In this document: one piece after another, positions 8,582 through 17,044 of the stretch
Layout: every line of letters starts with the position of its first letter
Position numbering within the stretch: the stretch's first letter is position 1
DNA from: Candidatus Polarisedimenticolaceae bacterium
Lineage (GTDB): Bacteria; Acidobacteriota; Polarisedimenticolia; Polarisedimenticolales; DASRJG01
Length of the DNA: 64,000 bases
Reading direction: 5' to 3'
NCBI GenBank assembly: GCA_036376135.1
Contig: DASVAW010000119.1
Coordinates: forward strand, 1,767 to 65,766
The notes under the pieces: model-generated
Databases searched by the model: none
Told to the model about the DNA's origin: nothing
The model's input: the letters and a program-made list of their open reading frames with translations, nothing else
Position numbers and translations under genes: made by a program

Positions 8582-9903
8582 CGCTGCGCGAGGATAGCAG
8601 CGGCGGCCGCCGCCGCGAAAACGATCCCCGCGCCCACCCAGCGCACGACGCGCCACTGGTCGGCCGCCCTCCGGACCGCGTCCGCGTAGGGAGTCCGGCT
8701 GAACGACACGAGGTAATAGAGGGGCACGAACGACCCCGGGAACAGGCGGTGCAGGAGCTTTTCGAAGCGCTTGCCGAGTCGGAACCAGGGGGACGCCGTC
8801 TTGTCCCGCATCTCGACGAAGTTCGCGATCGCCAGGTCGGCGACGGTGTCGGCGTGGACCTTCCGCTCGCGGAAGTAGCGTTCGAACGCGGCGGAGAGAT
8901 CCTCCGCGCTCTCGCGCCAGCACCGGTCGAGGACCAGGCAGTCCTCGAAGGCGGCGTTCGCGCCCTGTCCGTAGAACGGGACGATCGCGTGCGCCGCGTC
9001 GCCGAGGAGGACCGCCTTGTCCTTCCAGAACCAGGGCGCGCAGCGCACGGTGACGAGCGAGCCGATCGGGTTGAGGAGGAAGTCGGAGCCCAGGGTCGGG
9101 ATCAGCGGCACGGCGTCGGGGAAGACGCGCCCGAAGTAGTCGAGGACGTCGCGCTCGGTCTTCGGTGTGGAGAGGCCGTTGGGACCGTCGAACGGCCAGA
9201 AGCAGGTGCAGGTGAACGAGCCGTCGGCGTTCGGGAGCGCGATCATCATGAAGCCGCCGCGCGGCCAGATGTGCAGCGCGTTCGGCTCCAGGCGGTGTTT
9301 TCCTCCCGGCGCGGGCGGGATGGCGAGCTCGCGGTAACCGTGCCCGAGATAGGACTGCGAGTACTCGAAACGGTCCGTGCGCTGCAGCGCGCCGCGGATC
9401 TCCGAGTAGGCGCCGTCGGCGCTCACGACGACGTCCGCGACGACCTCGTCGTGCGCGCCCGTGGCCACGTCCTCGAAGGTGCAGGCGGCACGGTCGAGGT
9501 CGACGCCGGTGCAGCGTCTCCCGAAGACGACGCGGGCGTTCGGGAGCCGCTCGACCGCCTCCACCAGCAGCCGGTTCAGCCCCGCGCGCGACACGGAGTG
9601 CAACACGTGGTGCGCCTCCGAACCGTACGGCTGATAGGCGAGCGCGCCCTCGACGGGATGGATCATCCGCCCGCGCATCGGGACCGACATCTCGCGCACC
9701 GCGGCGTCCAGGCCGACCGCCTCGAGGGCGGCCAGGCCCCGCGTCGAGATCGCGAGGTTGATCGACCGCCCGCGCGTCGCCGGCCCCTTCCTCGGATCGG
9801 GGCGCCGCTCGTGGATCGCGACCTCGTGCCCCTGCCGCGCCAGGAACAGGGCGGCGAGGGAGCCCCCGAGCCCGGCGCCGACGACGGTGACCTTGCGCCT
9901 CAC
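8578..9903 (-). CDS. kmo: kynurenine 3-monooxygenase (FAD-dependent)
   Basis: 'VTVVGAGLGGSLAALFLARQG' FAD fold, 'GDAAHAIVPFYGQGAN' motif, C-terminal hydrophobic tail. GTGA overlap with the kynU stop. Confidence 0.9.
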   Translation of the reverse strand: MRRKVTVVGAGLGGSLAALFLARQGHEVAIHERRPDPRKGPATRGRSINLAISTRGLAALEAVGLDAAVREMSVPMRGRMIHPVEGALAYQPYGSEAHHVLHSVSRAGLNRLLVEAVERLPNARVVFGRRCTGVDLDRAACTFEDVATGAHDEVVADVVVSADGAYSEIRGALQRTDRFEYSQSYLGHGYRELAIPPAPGGKHRLEPNALHIWPRGGFMMIALPNADGSFTCTCFWPFDGPNGLSTPKTERDVLDYFGRVFPDAVPLIPTLGSDFLLNPIGSLVTVRCAPWFWKDKAVLLGDAAHAIVPFYGQGANAAFEDCLVLDRCWRESAEDLSAAFERYFRERKVHADTVADLAIANFVEMRDKTASPWFRLGKRFEKLLHRLFPGSFVPLYYLVSFSRTPYADAVRRAADQWRVVRWVGAGIVFAAAAAAAILAQR

Positions 9904-11138
9904 GCTCCCACCTCCGCGATCGCCTCGGCCGCCCGCCAGACGTCATGGAACGAGTTGTACAGCGGAACCGGGGCCACGCGGATCACCTCGGGCGGCCGGA
10001 AGTCGGCGACGACCCCCGCCGCCTCGAGCGCGGCGAAACGCTCGCGCGGCCGGTCCTTGACCCGGAGCGAGAGTTGGCACCCCCGCGCCTCCGGATCGCG
10101 CGGCGTCAGGATCTCGAACGGGGAACCCGGCACCGCCTCGAGCAGCGCCTCGAGGAACGCGGTCAGCCTCAGCGACTTCGAGCGCAGCGGGCCGATCCCG
10201 GCTTCGTCGAAGATCTCGAGCGACGCACGCAGCGGCGCCATCGCGAGGATCGGGGGGTTGGACAGCTGCCACCCGTCCGCCGTGGCGCGCGGCACGAAGG
10301 TCTCGTTGAGGTGCATCCGGAACCGGGTCTCGGGGTCGTTCCCCCACCAGCCCCCCATCCGCGGAAGCGCGACGTTCGACGCGTGCCGCTCGTGCACGAA
10401 GCACCCGGCGATCGCCCCGGGGCCGGCGTTCAGGTACTTGTAGGAGCACCACGCCGCGAAATCGACGTTCCAGTCGTGGAGCTCGAGGGGCACGTTCCCC
10501 GCGGCGTGCGCGAGGTCCCACCCCACGACGCACCCCTTCGACCGCGCGGCGCGCGTGATCGCGGGGATGTCGAAGAGCCGGCCGCCGTAGTACTGGACTC
10601 CCGACAGCAGCACGACCGCGATCTCTCCTCCCCTGCGCTCCAGCGTCTCGAGGACCTCCGTCTCGGGAACGACCAGCACCGAGGACGCCGGATCGAGGCC
10701 GCGAAGCGTCGCCTGCGACTGCGCGGCGTAGATGTCGGAGGGGAACGCCTTCTCCTCGATCAGGATCGCGTGGCGCGAGGGCGTCGGGCGGTAGAACGTC
10801 GCCAGCATCAGGTGGAGGTTCACGGTGAGGGAGTTCATCGCGACGACTTCGCCGGGGAGCGCCCCGACCAGTCGCGCCAGCGGATCGCGGAGCGTTTCGT
10901 GGTAGCCGTACCACGGCGTCTTCGCGTGGAAGTGCCCTTCCACACCCAGGCGGGCCCAGTCGTCGAGCTCCTGGGCGACGTAGGCCCGCGCGGCGCGCGG
11001 CATCAGCCCGAGCGAGTTCCCGGCGAGGTAGACGAGCGAGCGGCCGTCCGGCCCCGTCGGGAGCTCGAACCGGTCGCGGAACCGCGCGAGCGGGTCGGCG
11101 GCGTCGAGCGCGATCGCCTCCTGCTCTCCGAGCCTCAT
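9900..11138 (-). CDS. kynU: kynureninase (PLP-dependent)
   Basis: 412 aa. 'CSYKYLNAGPG' PLP-lysine motif. ATGA overlap with the upstream ACMSD stop. Confidence 0.9.
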   Translation of the reverse strand: MRLGEQEAIALDAADPLARFRDRFELPTGPDGRSLVYLAGNSLGLMPRAARAYVAQELDDWARLGVEGHFHAKTPWYGYHETLRDPLARLVGALPGEVVAMNSLTVNLHLMLATFYRPTPSRHAILIEEKAFPSDIYAAQSQATLRGLDPASSVLVVPETEVLETLERRGGEIAVVLLSGVQYYGGRLFDIPAITRAARSKGCVVGWDLAHAAGNVPLELHDWNVDFAAWCSYKYLNAGPGAIAGCFVHERHASNVALPRMGGWWGNDPETRFRMHLNETFVPRATADGWQLSNPPILAMAPLRASLEIFDEAGIGPLRSKSLRLTAFLEALLEAVPGSPFEILTPRDPEARGCQLSLRVKDRPRERFAALEAAGVVADFRPPEVIRVAPVPLYNSFHDVWRAAEAIAEVGA

Positions 11139-12121
11139 CGCCCGAGAAACTCCATCGCCGTCCCCGACAGGAGGCGCGTGCGCGTCTCGGCGTCGAGGTC
11201 GCTCATCGACTCGATCATCGCCCCGGGGACCTCTTCGCCGAGCGGGAACGGATAGTCCGACCCGAGCGCGATCCGCTCCGCGCCCACCAGCCGGATGAGG
11301 AACCGCAGCGCGTCGGCGTCGTGCACCAGCGAATCGACGAAGAACCGGCCGAGGTAGCCGCTCGGCGCGCAGGGGACGAGGTCCGGTCGCGCCTCGGCTC
11401 CGTGCTGGATCCGGCCGAAGGTCCCGGGGAACGACCCTCCTCCGTGCGCGAACCCGATCCGGAGCGACGGCAACCTCTCGAGCACGCCGCCGAAGATCAC
11501 CGAGCAGACCGCGACGGCGGTTTCCGCAGGCATGCCGACGAGCCACGGGAGCCAGTACTTCGACATCCGGTCGCGGCCGAGCATCTCCCAGGGGTGCACG
11601 AACACCGCCGCGTCGAGGTCGGCCGCGCGCTCGAAGACGGGGAACAGCTCGGGGTCGTCGAGGTTTCTCCCGTTCACGTTCGAGCCGATCTGCACGCCGT
11701 CGAGGCCGAGCTCGCCCACGCACCGCTCGAGCTCGCCGATCGCGAGCCCGGGATCCTGCAGCGGGATCGTGCCGAGCCCGGCGAACCGCGTCGGCCACCG
11801 CCCGACGATCTCCGCGAGGTGGTCGTTGAGCAGGCGGGACAGGTCGAGGCCGTCGGCGGCCTTCGCCCAGTAGCTGAACATGACGGGGACCGTGGAGAGC
11901 ACCTGGAGATCGATGCCCGCCGCGTCGCATTCCGCGAGGCGCTTGACCGGATCCCAGCAGTTGTCGCCGATCTCGCGGAAGACGCTTCCGCCGACGATCA
12001 TCCGCGCGCACCCGGCGCGATGATGCTCGAGCCTCACGAACCCGGGGTACCCGTAACGCGCCTCGAGGTCCGGCCACTCCTTGGGCAGGACGTGCGTGTG
12101 GAGGTCGACCTTGCGGGGCAT
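11135..12121 (-). CDS. 2-amino-3-carboxymuconate-6-semialdehyde decarboxylase (amidohydrolase family)
   Basis: 'VDLHTHVLP' HxH metal motif and amidohydrolase-2-like sequence throughout. Position between 3-HAO and kynureninase. Confidence 0.85.
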   Translation of the reverse strand: MPRKVDLHTHVLPKEWPDLEARYGYPGFVRLEHHRAGCARMIVGGSVFREIGDNCWDPVKRLAECDAAGIDLQVLSTVPVMFSYWAKAADGLDLSRLLNDHLAEIVGRWPTRFAGLGTIPLQDPGLAIGELERCVGELGLDGVQIGSNVNGRNLDDPELFPVFERAADLDAAVFVHPWEMLGRDRMSKYWLPWLVGMPAETAVAVCSVIFGGVLERLPSLRIGFAHGGGSFPGTFGRIQHGAEARPDLVPCAPSGYLGRFFVDSLVHDADALRFLIRLVGAERIALGSDYPFPLGEEVPGAMIESMSDLDAETRTRLLSGTAMEFLGR

Positions 12122-12129
12122 CGCCCCCG

Positions 12130-12654
12130 TCACGCCCTGGCTGCCGCCGGCGGCTGCATCACGGTCCCGCACTTGCGGCAGGTGCGCTTCGCCTCGTCGG
12201 CGAAGAACCCTTCGATGACCGGCTTGAGCTGCGTGCCGAGGTCCTTGCAGTGGAACGAGGCGTCGTACAACAACTCGCCGCACTTCTCGCAGTACCACTT
12301 GAGGTGGTCGATCTCGCTCGTCGCGCGCATCCGCTCGACGACGAGGCCGATCGTCCCGGCGGGGCGCTGCGGCGAGTGCGGGATCCCGGCGGGAAGGAGG
12401 AAGAGGTCCCCCTCGCGGATCACGATGTCCCGCGGGGTGCCGTTCTCGATCACCTTGACGGTGATGTCCCCTTCGATCTGGTAGAAGAGCTCCTCACCGT
12501 CCTCGACGTGGTAGTCCTTCCGCGCGTTCGGCCCGCCGACGACCATGACGAGGAACTCCCCGTCGCCCCACATCATCTTGTTGCCGACCGGCGGCTTGAG
12601 CAGGTGGCGGTTCTCGTCGACCCACTTCCTGAGGTTGAAGACGCTGAGGGCCAT
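12130..12654 (-). CDS. 3-hydroxyanthranilate 3,4-dioxygenase
   Basis: 174-aa cupin ('DYHVEDGEELFYQIEGD', 'GIPHSPQR') with C-terminal rubredoxin-like 'CEKCG...CRKCG'. Confidence 0.9.
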   Translation of the reverse strand: MALSVFNLRKWVDENRHLLKPPVGNKMMWGDGEFLVMVVGGPNARKDYHVEDGEELFYQIEGDITVKVIENGTPRDIVIREGDLFLLPAGIPHSPQRPAGTIGLVVERMRATSEIDHLKWYCEKCGELLYDASFHCKDLGTQLKPVIEGFFADEAKRTCRKCGTVMQPPAAARA

Positions 12655-12685
12655 GGCGATTTCCTCCCGGGAAAACGCCGGGATT

Positions 12686-13237
12686 CTACACCCCGAGGGC
12701 CTTCACCAGACGCGGGATCAGGAGCCATCGGAGCTCCCCGGCGCCCCCCAGCAGATCGCTCCACTTCTCGAGGTCGAGGTCGAGGCAGGCGACGCTTCCG
12801 GTCGGGAACCGCAGCCGCGCCTTCCCGCCGAGGATCGTCGCGGCCGCCTCGGCGATCCCGGGGCTGTGCGCGACGATCAGCGCGACCTCGGCCTTGGCGG
12901 CGATCCCCCGCGCCGCCTCGAGCCAGGCGGACCCGGGAGCGTCGTAGAGCGAGTCCTCCCAGTGGATCGAACCCGCGAAGCCGCACCCCTTCGCGACGCG
13001 CTCCGCGGTCTCCTTCGCGCGCCGCGCGGGCGACGCGAGGATCCGATCGGGAACGACGCCGGCCGCGGCGAGGGCGCGCCCGATTCGTGGGGCGTCCTCG
13101 AGCCCGCGCGAGGTCAGGGGGCGCTCGAAGTCCTCGAGGCCGGCCTCGCCCCAGTCGGACTTCGCGTGGCGCATGAGGAGGAGGGTCTTCACGGGGGAAT
13201 CGTACACGCTGTCGCGACGGTCGGAGCGGCCGGTCAT
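12686..13237 (-). CDS. histidine phosphatase family protein (SixA-like)
   Basis: 'LLLMRHAKS' RH(G/A) catalytic motif and 'VAHSPG' His motif. The true start may be GTG at 13192. 31 bp upstream of the 3-HAO gene. Confidence 0.7.
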   Translation of the reverse strand: MTGRSDRRDSVYDSPVKTLLLMRHAKSDWGEAGLEDFERPLTSRGLEDAPRIGRALAAAGVVPDRILASPARRAKETAERVAKGCGFAGSIHWEDSLYDAPGSAWLEAARGIAAKAEVALIVAHSPGIAEAAATILGGKARLRFPTGSVACLDLDLEKWSDLLGGAGELRWLLIPRLVKALGV

Positions 13238-13269
13238 CGAGGCGGCTCACCATCTTCGACACGTTCCGA

Positions 13270-13851
13270 CTACTTGACGGTGATCGCGATCTCCTCAGAC
13301 TCCCACACGCCGGACTCACGCCAGACCGTTGTCACTTCGGAGTCAACCGCTCGCAGGTACCCCTGGCGCACCGGGCAGAGATAGGTCACATGCAGCCTGT
13401 ATCGTCCTCGGGACGGGAAGAGATCCTTCGCCGGGCCTGTCAGGTTCACGCCGAGTGACAAACCCCCCTCCAAGTGGACCAGCGAATGCGGGTCATCACG
13501 TTTCGGGGGCCGCACCTGGGCGTCTAGAAGAAACGGCGACTGAACTGGCGCCCCACTCTCGTCGACGATGTGCAACACCAGGCCAGCCGAAAGACCAAAG
13601 CCGACCTGCCCAAACACTCTGAGCGGGTAGATTGAGTCGTTACGAAGCAGCACGAGGAGCGCCACGTCACCGTCGTAAGACACCTCTACCTCGCTGGCGC
13701 TCAGGATGACGCGCAACTCGGGCCGACTCGGTCCTTCGTCCTTTGATACTGGCGCGCCCCACGACGGGCTCGATAGGCGGGCGAGAATACAAACCACCAC
13801 GAGTCCGCACATGAACACCCGGTGCATTCCGAGGGCGTTTGGCTTGTCCAT
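13270..13851 (-). CDS. hypothetical secreted or membrane-anchored protein (orphan, lower GC)
   Basis: In-frame ATG at 13851, then hydrophobic 'FMCGLVVVCILARLSSPSWG'. Beta-rich remainder. Visibly lower GC than neighbours. No family recognised. Confidence 0.5.
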   Translation of the reverse strand: MDKPNALGMHRVFMCGLVVVCILARLSSPSWGAPVSKDEGPSRPELRVILSASEVEVSYDGDVALLVLLRNDSIYPLRVFGQVGFGLSAGLVLHIVDESGAPVQSPFLLDAQVRPPKRDDPHSLVHLEGGLSLGVNLTGPAKDLFPSRGRYRLHVTYLCPVRQGYLRAVDSEVTTVWRESGVWESEEIAITVK

Positions 13852-14048
13852 CGGATCATTCCTTTCGCGAGCGTCACTCCGGAGTGACTTGTGAGGGCGT
13901 CGACTCGAGGGCCTCCGCTCGGGTGAGCATGCAGACGAGACCGGTGCAAGACAGGCGAGGATGACGGCAGCCCTGCGACCCGAGTCGTCCCTCATGGTTC
14001 TCTCCAACCGCGCGGCGTTCGGTTCGGCAAGTCTATACTCCTCGCGCC

Positions 14049-14651
14049 ATGCACGTCCTCCACGCGGACGCTCCCTTCCGGAACTCGGTCACGCAGGCCG
14101 TCCGCGAGCTCGAAAAGACAACCGCCGCCGAGGTCGTCGTCGTCCTCGCCGTGCGCTCGGGGTCGTACCGCGACGTCGCGTATGCCACCGGTGCCGCCGT
14201 CGCGTGGGCGACGCTGCTCTTCTTCATCTTCAGTCCGGCCACGTACTCGCCGCTCTGGGTCCCCGTCGAGATGGCAGCGCTCTTCGCCGCCGCGGCGTGG
14301 CTCGTCCATCGAACCCCCGCGCTCGCGCGCCTGCTGACGTCGACGAAGCGCCGCGAGGCCCAGGTCGCCCAGGCGGCCCAGGCGGCGTTCGTCGAGGAAC
14401 GCGTCGATCGCACCCGCGAGCGCACGGGAATCCTCGTCTACGTCTCCCTACTCGAACGGCGCATCGAGATCCTCCCCGACGCGGGGATCGACGGACGCGT
14501 CGCACCCGGAACGTGGAGCCCCGTCGACGTCCGCACGGGCGACGACGTCCTGCGCGAGCTGAAGCGGATCGGCGAGGTCCTCGCGCAGAAGGTCCCGCCG
14601 ACCGGTGCCAACCCCGACGAGCTCCCCGACGCCCCACGGATCCGCGGATGA
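14049..14651 (+). CDS. TPM-domain-like membrane protein
   Basis: 'AEVVVVLAV...YRD' and 'GILVYVSLLERRIEILPDAGI' resemble the two halves of a TPM domain, split by two hydrophobic helices. ATGA overlap with the next gene. Confidence 0.55.
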   Translation: MHVLHADAPFRNSVTQAVRELEKTTAAEVVVVLAVRSGSYRDVAYATGAAVAWATLLFFIFSPATYSPLWVPVEMAALFAAAAWLVHRTPALARLLTSTKRREAQVAQAAQAAFVEERVDRTRERTGILVYVSLLERRIEILPDAGIDGRVAPGTWSPVDVRTGDDVLRELKRIGEVLAQKVPPTGANPDELPDAPRIRG

Positions 14652-16120
14652 GACGGCGCTGGCCGCTCCTGCTCCTCGCGATTCTCGCGGCGAGCGAAGC
14701 GCTCGCTCGTCTGGGCGGCGGCGAGGGGTACTCGGGCGGCGGATCCTCGGGCGGAGGAGGGGGCGGTGGCGACGACGGCTTCGCGGTCTACGCGATCGTG
14801 CGTCTGCTGCTCTGGCTCGTCTTCCGGCACCCGCTGATCGGGATCCCCCTCGTGATCCTCGCGATCGTCGTCTTCGTGAAGATGAAGGCGGCGGGGAACT
14901 TCCAGGTCGCCTACGAGCCGGTCGTCCTGCGCACGGCCCCGCCGTCGCGCCCCGCCCCGGCGCAGCTGGACACGCTCCGTCAGGCCGACAGGAACTTCTC
15001 CGAGCCGGTCTTCCTCGACTTCGCGCAGCTCGTGTATGTCCGTGCGCAGGGAGCGCGACCGGGGAGCCGTGCCGAGATCGCCCAGCCGTGGATCGCCGAG
15101 GAGGCGCTGCCGATCCTCTTCGCGCGCCCCGAGGGGCTCGAGCAGGTCCGGGACGTCATCTTCGGGAAGACGGCGCCGTCCGGCTATCGGAGAGAGGAGG
15201 GGTTCGACCTCCTCGACGTGGACTTCGAGACGAATCTCACCGAGGTCCGCCAGGGACACGAACGCCAGCTCCTGCTCAAGGACCGCTGGACGTTCCGCCG
15301 GAAAGCGGGCGCGCTCTCCCCCGTCCCCGAACGGATGCGCGCTCTCGGCTGCGCCGGGTGCGGCTCGACCCTCGAGCCCAAGCCCGACGGCTCGTGCCCT
15401 AGCTGCGGCGCACCGCGCACGCGAGGCCTCCTGCAGTGGGAGGTCGCCAAGATCCTCCCCCTGGATCGACGGACGGTCGAGCCCCCGTCGCTCATGCTCG
15501 GGGGCGGCGTCGAGCCGGGGACGAACCTCCCGACGCGCTTCGACCCACGCCTGGGCGCGATGCGTCGCGACTTCGAGTCGCGCCATCCCGAGTTCTCGTG
15601 GGAGGTCTTCGACGCGCGCGCCCGCGAGACGTTCCTTCGGCTGCAGGACGCGTGGTCGAAGGGAAGCTGGGAGCTCGCCCGGCCGTACGAAACCGACGCG
15701 TTGTTCCAGTCGCACCGATTCTGGGTCGAGCGGTACAAGCGGTTCGGCCTCGTGAATCACCTCGAGGGGACGACGATCTCGCGCGTGGACGTCGCAAAGG
15801 TCGGCTTCGACGCCTTCTACGAGTCGATCACGGTGCGGATCTTCGCGACGATGCGCGACTGGACCGAGGACGCGTCGGGGAAGGTCGTCGGCGGGAGCAA
15901 GACGCTGCCGCGCACGTTTTCCGAGTACTGGACGTTCCTGCGCGCGGTCGGCGCGACCCGCAAGGTGCCGGGCGGTGCCGAGAGCTGCCCCTCGTGCGGC
16001 GCGCCGCTCGACAGGATCAACATGGCCGGCGTCTGCGAGTACTGCGGCTCGAAGCTCACGACCGGGGAGTTCGACTGGGTCGTGTCGCGGATCGAGCAGG
16101 ACGACGCGTACGGGGGTTAA
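14648..16120 (+). CDS. Tim44-like domain protein with Gly-rich N-terminus and two zinc ribbons
   Basis: Signal/TM, 'GGGSSGGGGGGGDDG' tract, 'CAGCGS..CPSCGA' and 'CPSCGA..CEYCGS' ribbons. 'FLRLQDAWSKGSW...' resembles a Tim44-like domain. Confidence 0.65.
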   Translation: MRRRWPLLLLAILAASEALARLGGGEGYSGGGSSGGGGGGGDDGFAVYAIVRLLLWLVFRHPLIGIPLVILAIVVFVKMKAAGNFQVAYEPVVLRTAPPSRPAPAQLDTLRQADRNFSEPVFLDFAQLVYVRAQGARPGSRAEIAQPWIAEEALPILFARPEGLEQVRDVIFGKTAPSGYRREEGFDLLDVDFETNLTEVRQGHERQLLLKDRWTFRRKAGALSPVPERMRALGCAGCGSTLEPKPDGSCPSCGAPRTRGLLQWEVAKILPLDRRTVEPPSLMLGGGVEPGTNLPTRFDPRLGAMRRDFESRHPEFSWEVFDARARETFLRLQDAWSKGSWELARPYETDALFQSHRFWVERYKRFGLVNHLEGTTISRVDVAKVGFDAFYESITVRIFATMRDWTEDASGKVVGGSKTLPRTFSEYWTFLRAVGATRKVPGGAESCPSCGAPLDRINMAGVCEYCGSKLTTGEFDWVVSRIEQDDAYGG

Positions 16121-16121
16121 T

Positions 16122-16137
16122 TAGGGACAGGCACCAA
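16122..16137. repeat. TAGGGACAG-family half-site C (TAGGGACAGGCACCAA)
   Basis: Starts 2 nt after the TAA of the Tim44-like gene. Its exact 16-nt reverse complement lies at 52264-52279. Confidence 0.6.
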
Positions 16138-16150
16138 CTCCTTCGCCGGC

Positions 16151-16735
16151 TCAGCGTCCGTCGGCCTGCGCGAGCGCCCGTTCCAGCAGCTCCGACAGGT
16201 CCATGCGTTCCGCTGCGGCGACGAGGTACGGCCGATCGATGTGCTCACCGGTGACCCTCAGGACCGACAACACGTCCCCCCATTGGCGGTCCGACGATTC
16301 GTTCCCGAGCCGATACCAACGCAGTTTCTGGAGGACGATGTCCTCAGGCTGATAGACGAACAGAAAGCGATCGGGATCGACCGCGACGCGAACCTTCCGT
16401 CGCCGCCGCATCTGCTCTTGGTCCACGGCGTGATCGCGGAGCACGAACAGGTCGACCTTCATCCCGGACTCGAGGTGGATCAGGTTCGCGCTCGATCGTT
16501 CGCGGACCGCGCGAACCAGAGCTTCGCGGTCGACATAGAAGCCTTCCCCTAGCAGCCACACCAGCGCTTCGATCTTCCCCTCGTCGAGCCGGACGACCAT
16601 GTCGACGTCCATCGTCGATCGCGGGACCCCGCTCAGCGAGGCAGCGACCGATCCGCCGACGAGGTACTCGACCCCCGCTCCTTCCAGGATCGCGCTGATG
16701 CGCAAGGCGACCTCGATCGGATCGGGGCTCATCAC
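16151..16735 (-). CDS. nucleotidyltransferase-fold protein (MNT-like)
   Basis: 'GGSVAASLSG' (G-S motif) plus 'DVDMVV' (DxD) typical of minimal nucleotidyltransferases. Overlaps the stop of the upstream 91-aa ORF. Slightly lower GC. Confidence 0.6.
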   Translation of the reverse strand: MMSPDPIEVALRISAILEGAGVEYLVGGSVAASLSGVPRSTMDVDMVVRLDEGKIEALVWLLGEGFYVDREALVRAVRERSSANLIHLESGMKVDLFVLRDHAVDQEQMRRRRKVRVAVDPDRFLFVYQPEDIVLQKLRWYRLGNESSDRQWGDVLSVLRVTGEHIDRPYLVAAAERMDLSELLERALAQADGR

Positions 16736-17007
16736 GGCGCGTCGAGGTGCGATCCGACCTCGGGGTAAGCGCGGCGGGCGAGGTCACCTCCGAGCCGCAG
16801 CACGGCCAGCCGCAGGAACACCTCGCGGTCCGAAGCGTTCGGGAATCGATGGCGAATTCCGGCGGCGGCGAACGTGTCGACCATTTGGCAGATCCCGGTC
16901 AACAACTCGGCCCGTTCCTCCGTCGACTTCCGGCGGATCAACTCGATCTGGATCCGCGCCGCCTCCGGCGAAGTGTCGAGATCGAGCCCGTGCCGGATGT
17001 CCTTCAT
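16732..17007 (-). CDS. small helical protein, partner of the nucleotidyltransferase
   Basis: 91 aa with balanced composition. Stop overlaps the downstream start, giving a two-gene module. No family recognised. Confidence 0.5.
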   Translation of the reverse strand: MKDIRHGLDLDTSPEAARIQIELIRRKSTEERAELLTGICQMVDTFAAAGIRHRFPNASDREVFLRLAVLRLGGDLARRAYPEVGSHLDAP

Positions 17008-17044
17008 GGTGCCGTCAGTTTCGCACGGGTCCGTGGGGTTCGGC

